This document shows positions 26,158 through 32,000 of a stretch of 32,000 nt of DNA, piece after piece. How positions within the stretch are numbered: the stretch's first letter is position 1; each line of letters opens with the position of its first letter. The position numbers were made by a program, and so were the translations under genes. The notes below the pieces were generated by a model that was given only the letters and a program-made list of their open reading frames with translations, had not been told where the DNA came from and made no database searches. Origin of the DNA: Thermodesulfobacteriota bacterium (GTDB lineage Bacteria; Desulfobacterota; Desulfobulbia; Desulfobulbales; SURF-16); assembly GCA_040755455.1 (NCBI GenBank), contig JBFMAY010000014.1, positions 30,308-62,307 of the forward strand. The letters are read 5' to 3'.

Positions 26158-26186
26158 TTGACAAATGCAAAAGTAAAAATGATAAT
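26158..26186 (+). promoter_or_regulatory. candidate sigma70 promoter for eno
   Basis: TTGACA (26158-26163), a 17-nt spacer, then GATAAT (26181-26186), about 70 nt upstream of the eno ATG. Confidence 0.45.
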
Positions 26187-26246
26187 TGTGCAAGTGATTT
26201 CAGCTAGAAACATGATGATGCAGCGCTTGCGCGGCAATACAATTGA

Positions 26247-27551
<1,305 letters not shown>

Positions 27552-27607
27552 AAAAAGCAAGTCTGACCACAATACCATGCTTCTACCAAAGATGGAGGTT
27601 TAGCAAC

Positions 27608-27895
27608 ATGACCCTGACGAAGGCTGATTTGGTGCAGAAAATTTATCAGACCCATAATTTAACAAAGGCGCAGGCAACCTCGATTGTTGAAACATTCCTG
27701 AAGATCTGCAAGGATTGTCTGGCCAATGGTGATGATTTGCTGATAAGCGGTTTTGGCAAGTTCAACATCAAAGAAAAAAATGCCAGAAGGGGACGCAACC
27801 CCCAGACCGGCAAGGAGTTGATCCTGTCGGCCCGTAAGGTCGTGACCTTCAAGCCGTCAGGGATCCTGCGCGACAGGGTAAACGGCATGCAATAA
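27608..27895 (+). CDS. integration host factor / HU family DNA-binding protein
   Basis: The 95-aa ORF has MTLTKADLVQKI...GFGKFNIKEKNARRGRNPQTGKELILSARKVVTFKPS (HU/IHF arm motif R.GRNP.TGE). RBS GGAGG. Confidence 0.9.
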   Translation: MTLTKADLVQKIYQTHNLTKAQATSIVETFLKICKDCLANGDDLLISGFGKFNIKEKNARRGRNPQTGKELILSARKVVTFKPSGILRDRVNGMQ

Positions 27896-27946
27896 CCGAC
27901 TGTCCGCGTAAAGATTGCAGCAGGACGTTTGCGCTTTGTCCTGTCA

Positions 27947-27990
27947 GACGGGTGCGTTTTTTCGTAATGAAAAACTGCCCGTCTTTTTTT
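27947..27990 (+). terminator. rho-independent terminator after the IHF/HU gene
   Basis: GACGGG...GTTTTT / AAAAAC...CCCGTC forms a stem with an internal bulge, followed by T7 (27984-27990). Confidence 0.6.
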
Positions 27991-28120
27991 GTTGTTCGGA
28001 CAGGAATATCTGATAGATTAAAGACCGTGATCGGTAAGATTGATTCCGGGATCTGATTTCCTGATGCCGGCAGAGGCATTTTGGGAACCCGGACTGGAAT
28101 AATGACGCAGAGCAAAAAAA

Positions 28121-29182
28121 ATGACGCAGGAAACAAGAACGCTGGCGGAGCTTGCCGCCTTGGTGGAAGGGGAATTGCTCGGTGATCCGGGGGTGAGGAT
28201 TTCAGCTTTCAATGACGTGGCCAACGCGTCTGCCGGGGATATCACTTTTATTGCCGGAGGGAAATATTCCGACCAGCTTGCGCGAACCGGAGCCTCGGCG
28301 ATCATTGTGCCCCACGATATGCAGGAAGTAGCTCTTCCGGCGATCCGGGTGAAGAACCCCTATCTGGCTGCCGCCATTATCCATAACCTGTTTTATCAAA
28401 GGCCGCGCCCTGCGCCTGGGATCGATGGCCGTGCCGTCATCGGAGCGGATTGCCGCATCGCCCCTTCGGTGTCCGTTGCCCCGCTGGCAATGGTCGGCCG
28501 GGGGGTCACCCTTGGGGAAAGGGTGGTCATCGAGTCCGGGGCGGTTATCGGCGATGACGTGATCATCGGCGACGAGACAATTGTGGAGGCAAACGTGGTA
28601 GTGCGGGCCGGCTGCAGAATCGGCAGCCGGGTGATTCTTTACAGCGGCGCGGTGATCGGCAGTGACGGCTTCGGCTACGCCACCAATGCCCGGGGCATCC
28701 ATATCAAGCGGCCCCAAGTCGGCAATGTGGTGATTGAGGATGATGTCGAGATCGGAGCAAATACCTGCATTGACCGGGCCACCTTCGGCAGCACGCTGAT
28801 CAGAAAGGGGACGAAAATCGATAACCTGGTGCAAATCGGCCACAATGTGGAGATCGGCGAGGGATGCCTGCTGGTCTCTCAATGCGGTGTTGCCGGCAGC
28901 AGCAGGCTGGGCAATGGAGTGGTGCTGGCCGGCCAGTCAGGGGTCGGCGATCATGTGGAGGTAGGCGACGGGGTCATGGCGGCGGGCCGCAGCGGCATCA
29001 ACAGCAACGTCAAGCCGGGGGCGGTGGTGGCCGGGTTCCCGGCTATCGCCTATAAGGAATGGCTGCAGGCGGCCACGGCTTTTTCGCGGATTCCCCAGTT
29101 GGTAAAAGATGTGCGCCGTCTGCGTAAACTGATGAGCGAACCGGCGGGAGATGAAAAAAACAAGGAGACAGGAGATGAGTGA
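28121..29182 (+). CDS. lpxD: UDP-3-O-(3-hydroxyacyl)glucosamine N-acyltransferase
   Basis: The 353-aa ORF has the N-terminus LAELAALVEGELLGDPGVRISAFNDVANASAGDITFI. Long hexapeptide (LbH) repeats follow, with GFGY in the middle. It sits in an lpxD-fabZ-lpxA context. Confidence 0.92.
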   Translation: MTQETRTLAELAALVEGELLGDPGVRISAFNDVANASAGDITFIAGGKYSDQLARTGASAIIVPHDMQEVALPAIRVKNPYLAAAIIHNLFYQRPRPAPGIDGRAVIGADCRIAPSVSVAPLAMVGRGVTLGERVVIESGAVIGDDVIIGDETIVEANVVVRAGCRIGSRVILYSGAVIGSDGFGYATNARGIHIKRPQVGNVVIEDDVEIGANTCIDRATFGSTLIRKGTKIDNLVQIGHNVEIGEGCLLVSQCGVAGSSRLGNGVVLAGQSGVGDHVEVGDGVMAAGRSGINSNVKPGAVVAGFPAIAYKEWLQAATAFSRIPQLVKDVRRLRKLMSEPAGDEKNKETGDE

Positions 29183-29621
29183 AGTTGTCACGCAATATGA
29201 TATAAATGAAATCTTAAAGCTGCTTCCCCACCGCTACCCCTTTATTCTGGTGGACCGGATTCTGGCGGTGACCCCCGGTGAGGCGATCAAGGCATTGAAA
29301 AATGTCACCATTAATGAGCCCTTTTTTCAAGGCCATTTTCCCACTGAGCCGGTAATGCCTGGTGTGCTGGTGATGGAGGGGATGGCCCAGGCCGGGGCCA
29401 TTCTGGCCTATCTCACTGATAAAGATAAGATTGGTAAAAATCTGGTCTATTTTGCCGGCATGGACGGGGTGCGTTTCAGGAAAAAAATCGTGCCCGGTGA
29501 TCAGATTATCTATGAGCTGAATATCATGAAACGCAAAGCAAAACTTTTCAAGATTGCCGGCAAGGCCTTTGTCGATGGCCAGCTGGCGGCAGAGGCGGAA
29601 CTGATGGCCACCTTTTCCTGA
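29175..29621 (+). CDS. fabZ: 3-hydroxyacyl-ACP dehydratase FabZ
   Basis: LPHRYPFILVDRI, FFQGHFP..PVMPGVL..EGMAQ. I chose the ATG at 29175, preceded by GGAGACAGGAG. It overlaps the lpxD stop (ATGAGTGA). The track ORF starts at 29151. Confidence 0.92.
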   Translation: MSEVVTQYDINEILKLLPHRYPFILVDRILAVTPGEAIKALKNVTINEPFFQGHFPTEPVMPGVLVMEGMAQAGAILAYLTDKDKIGKNLVYFAGMDGVRFRKKIVPGDQIIYELNIMKRKAKLFKIAGKAFVDGQLAAEAELMATFS

Positions 29622-29781
29622 CGCCTTTTGCCGGCAGCGGGAAAGGCTGGTAATTACCGGCCTTCTGTGTTAAAAAGACTAGTTTTTCATTGCCTGTTTC
29701 CACCTTGGGTGACGAGACATGGCGGCAATCGGCATGCCTGGCATACATCCTAACATGTAACACTTAACATCTTGTGCAAAT

Positions 29782-30582
29782 ATGACTATTCACTCCACAG
29801 CTATTATTGACCCGGGCGCGGAACTGGATTCATCGGTTTCCGTCGGCCCCTATGCGGTCATCGGCAAGGGGGTCAGGATCGATGCTGACTCCCAGATAGG
29901 TCCCCATGCCTTTCTTTCCGGCCCCCTTACCATCGGCAAGGCCAATAACATCGGCGCCTTTGCCTGCGTCGGCGCCCCTCCCCAGGACATCAAATACAAG
30001 GGGGAGGAAACCTTACTCAGGATCGGTGACGCCAATATCATCCGGGAATACTGTTCCATCCATCGCGGCAGCCCGAGCGGCCATGGCGTCACCACCATCG
30101 GCAGCAACTGCATGTTCATGGCCTATTCCCATGTGGCCCATGACTGCGTGATCGGCAACCATGTCATTCTGGTCAACAATGCCACCCTGGGAGGGCACGT
30201 GGAGATCGGCGAGCGGGTCACCGTGGGCGGCATGACGGCTGTCCATCAGTTCTCCCGCATCGGTGAATATTCTTTTATCGGCGGCATGTCCGGTATCAGC
30301 ATGGATGTGCCGCCCTATGTGATTGTGGCAGGTATCCGCAATGACATGCAGGTGCGCGGCATTAACAAGATCGGGCTCAAGCGCGCCGGCTTCAGCAATG
30401 AGGATATCCGTAATCTCGGCCGGGCCTTTACCCTGATATTCAAAACCAGGGACCTGCTGCTGCAGGAAGCGCTGGAAAAGGTGAAGATGGAAATTTCCGA
30501 TTCCGCTCCGGTGGCGCGGATGGTAGAATTTTTTGCTGTATCCAACCGCAATGTGGTCCGCTTAAGCAGTGATGACGAGTAG
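29782..30582 (+). CDS. lpxA: acyl-ACP--UDP-N-acetylglucosamine O-acyltransferase
   Basis: IHSTAIIDPGAELDSSVSVGPYAVIG plus hexapeptide repeats, then the C-terminal helical domain GLKRAGFSNEDI..L..AF. The ORF is 266 aa. Confidence 0.92.
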   Translation: MTIHSTAIIDPGAELDSSVSVGPYAVIGKGVRIDADSQIGPHAFLSGPLTIGKANNIGAFACVGAPPQDIKYKGEETLLRIGDANIIREYCSIHRGSPSGHGVTTIGSNCMFMAYSHVAHDCVIGNHVILVNNATLGGHVEIGERVTVGGMTAVHQFSRIGEYSFIGGMSGISMDVPPYVIVAGIRNDMQVRGINKIGLKRAGFSNEDIRNLGRAFTLIFKTRDLLLQEALEKVKMEISDSAPVARMVEFFAVSNRNVVRLSSDDE

Positions 30583-31405
30583 GATCGGGATCATAGCCGG
30601 CGGGGGGCAATTCCCCTATCTTTTTGCCGAAGCGGCGAAAAAGGCCGGCCGGGAGGTGGTCATTATCGGCCACAAGGGAGAGAGCCATCCGGATCTGGAG
30701 GCAATAGCGGATCGTTTCTGCTGGGTGAAACTCGGCCAGCTGGGCAAGATCATCAAGTTCTTTCACATCGAGCAGGTGGAGGAGACGGTCTTTCTCGGCA
30801 CCATCACCAAAACCCGTATTTTCCGTGACGTGCTCCCAGACCTGAAAGGGCTCTCCTTGTGGAATAAAATCGATGTGCGCCAGGATGATTCCATCCTGCG
30901 TGCCTTTGCCGGTGAGCTGGAGAAGGAGGGGATCAAGGTGCTTGACTCCACCCTTTACCTGCAGCATCTTCTTTTCCCGGCCGGCATTCTCACCCGCAGA
31001 AAGCCGACGGCCGGCCAGCGGCGGGACATTGATTTTGGTTTTCAGATGGCCCGGGCCATCGGCAAACTTGATATCGGCCAGTGCGTGGTGGTGCGCGATA
31101 TGGCGGTGGTGGCGGTGGAGGCCATTGAGGGAACGGATGCCGCCATTAAACGGGGCGGAGCCCTGGCCCGGGAAAACGCGGTGGTGGTGAAGGTGAAAAA
31201 ACCTGATCAGGATTTCCGCTTTGATCTGCCGGCCATTGGCCCGACCACCATTGAATCCATGCAGGAGGCCAAGGCCGCCGTGCTGGCCGTTGAAGCAGGC
31301 CAGGCCTTGCTTTTTGATCGTGAGACCGTGATAAGCCAGGCTGAGAAGGCTGGCATCGTGGTTGTTGGCGTGGAAGAGGGAGCAGACGGCAGGCTGGAGT
31401 TCTAA
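30569..31405 (+). CDS. lpxI: UDP-2,3-diacylglucosamine diphosphatase LpxI (DUF1009 family)
   Basis: IGIIAGGGQFP, LDIGQCVVVRDMAVVAVEAIEGTDAAIKRGG, FDLPAIGPTTIE. The start is GTG 30569 or ATG 30572, overlapping the end of lpxA. Confidence 0.8.
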   Translation: MMTSRIGIIAGGGQFPYLFAEAAKKAGREVVIIGHKGESHPDLEAIADRFCWVKLGQLGKIIKFFHIEQVEETVFLGTITKTRIFRDVLPDLKGLSLWNKIDVRQDDSILRAFAGELEKEGIKVLDSTLYLQHLLFPAGILTRRKPTAGQRRDIDFGFQMARAIGKLDIGQCVVVRDMAVVAVEAIEGTDAAIKRGGALARENAVVVKVKKPDQDFRFDLPAIGPTTIESMQEAKAAVLAVEAGQALLFDRETVISQAEKAGIVVVGVEEGADGRLEF

Positions 31406-31483
31406 GGGCGGAGATCTGCCCTGGTCACCCCGGCCCGGAGCGCAACACCCCAAACGCAAAATTCTATTTTCACAGTTCCTTTC

Positions 31484-32000
31484 ATGAAAGCCATGATACT
31501 TGCAGCGGGTTTCGGCACCCGTCTGAAACCCTATTCCCTGCTCAGGCCGAAACCGCTTTTCCCGGTGCTTGACCTTCCTCTTATCCTGCGCCTTATCGCC
31601 CAACTGCGGGAGGCGGGGTTTGACGCCATTCTGGTGAACTGTCATCACTTGCGGGAACAGATCGTCGATCTGCTCGGCGGCCGTGATGGCATCTGTCTGC
31701 AGGAAGAGCTGATTGAGCTGGGAACCGGGGGCGGCATGCGCATGGCCAGGGATTTTTTCGGCGCCGAGCCGGTGCTGGTGACCAACGGCGATATCTTCCA
31801 TACCATTGATTTGGCCCGGGTCTATCAGGATCACTGCAGCTCAGGGGCTGACGCCACCCTGGTTCTCCATGACTGCGCGCGCTTTAACAATGTGGCGGTG
31901 GATGATAAACTGGATATTACCGCTTTTGGTGACAGCGGCGCCGGCCCAAAAATGGCATTTACCGGCATCCATGTCCTTGACCCCGACCTGTTGTCAATGA
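31484..32000 (+). CDS. sugar-phosphate nucleotidyltransferase (3' partial, runs off window)
   Basis: This frame is not in the ORF track. The ATG at 31484 gives MKAMILAAGFGTRLKPYSLLRPKPLFPVLDLPLI...VTNGDIFH, the G-x-G-T-R-L nucleotidyltransferase signature. My manual translation found the frame open to the window end. Confidence 0.8.
   Translation, partial: MKAMILAAGFGTRLKPYSLLRPKPLFPVLDLPLILRLIAQLREAGFDAILVNCHHLREQIVDLLGGRDGICLQEELIELGTGGGMRMARDFFGAEPVLVTNGDIFHTIDLARVYQDHCSSGADATLVLHDCARFNNVAVDDKLDITAFGDSGAGPKMAFTGIHVLDPDLLSM

Noticed and set aside
28101-28129. A 10-bp direct repeat AATGACGCAG occurring twice, 19 nt apart. The second copy contains the lpxD start codon.
   Set aside because: The upstream ATG (28102) is out of frame with lpxD and opens only a 27-codon ORF. 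This is probably a chance or slippage duplication with no demonstrable function.
30440-31834. A 464-aa minus-strand ORF antisense to lpxI. Similar long antisense ORFs lie at 1531..2703, 13120..13869, 20533..21234, 25196..26170, 26898..27542 and 28202..28882.
   Set aside because: Each lies opposite a confidently identified gene (cytochrome b, MBL hydrolase, CHAT, pilC, eno, lpxD, lpxI). They show the biased, low-complexity composition typical of antisense frames in GC-rich coding DNA.

Overview
This 32 kb window is a bacterial chromosomal segment. Gene content suggests Desulfobacterota/Deltaproteobacteria, but that is inference only. All family calls come from motif recognition by eye; no searches were run.

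Housekeeping genes sit at both ends:
- Left end: rsmD tail and coaD, then a Tat-type Rieske protein with a cytochrome b, a cNMP-binding/DUF4388 regulator, and tandem hsp20 genes.
- Right end: cheY-like gene, PxxKW Cys-rich protein, pilC, eno, an IHF/HU-family gene, lpxD-fabZ-lpxA-lpxI, and a partial nucleotidyltransferase.

The middle is accessory-like:
- 4.8-8.2 kb is a decaying stretch. It holds a frameshifted chimeric pseudogene (EEP nuclease N-terminus fused to a receiver C-terminus), DUF1835, DUF1737 and DUF1330 genes, an orphan Fis-type HTH remnant, and a small exported protein.
- 8.3-13.0 kb holds a 1381-aa SNF2 helicase with a roughly 900-aa N-terminal extension and a small zinc-ribbon-like partner. 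An MBL-fold hydrolase is transcribed divergently from it.
- 15.1-22.1 kb is the most interesting locus, a co-oriented four-gene block. It encodes a TIR-NB-ARC-TPR STAND NTPase, then a REP-like nested palindrome, then a metallophosphoesterase translationally coupled to a CHAT (caspase-fold) protease, then a stand-alone RyR-domain protein.

I propose the four-gene block as a candidate multi-component conflict/defence system. It would be apoptosome-like (NB-ARC plus caspase-fold protease) with a possible nucleotide-signal axis (TIR, phosphoesterase, RyR).

No rRNA, tRNA, CRISPR array, transposase or integrase was recognised. Many long antisense ORFs in the track are shadow ORFs of GC-rich genes.
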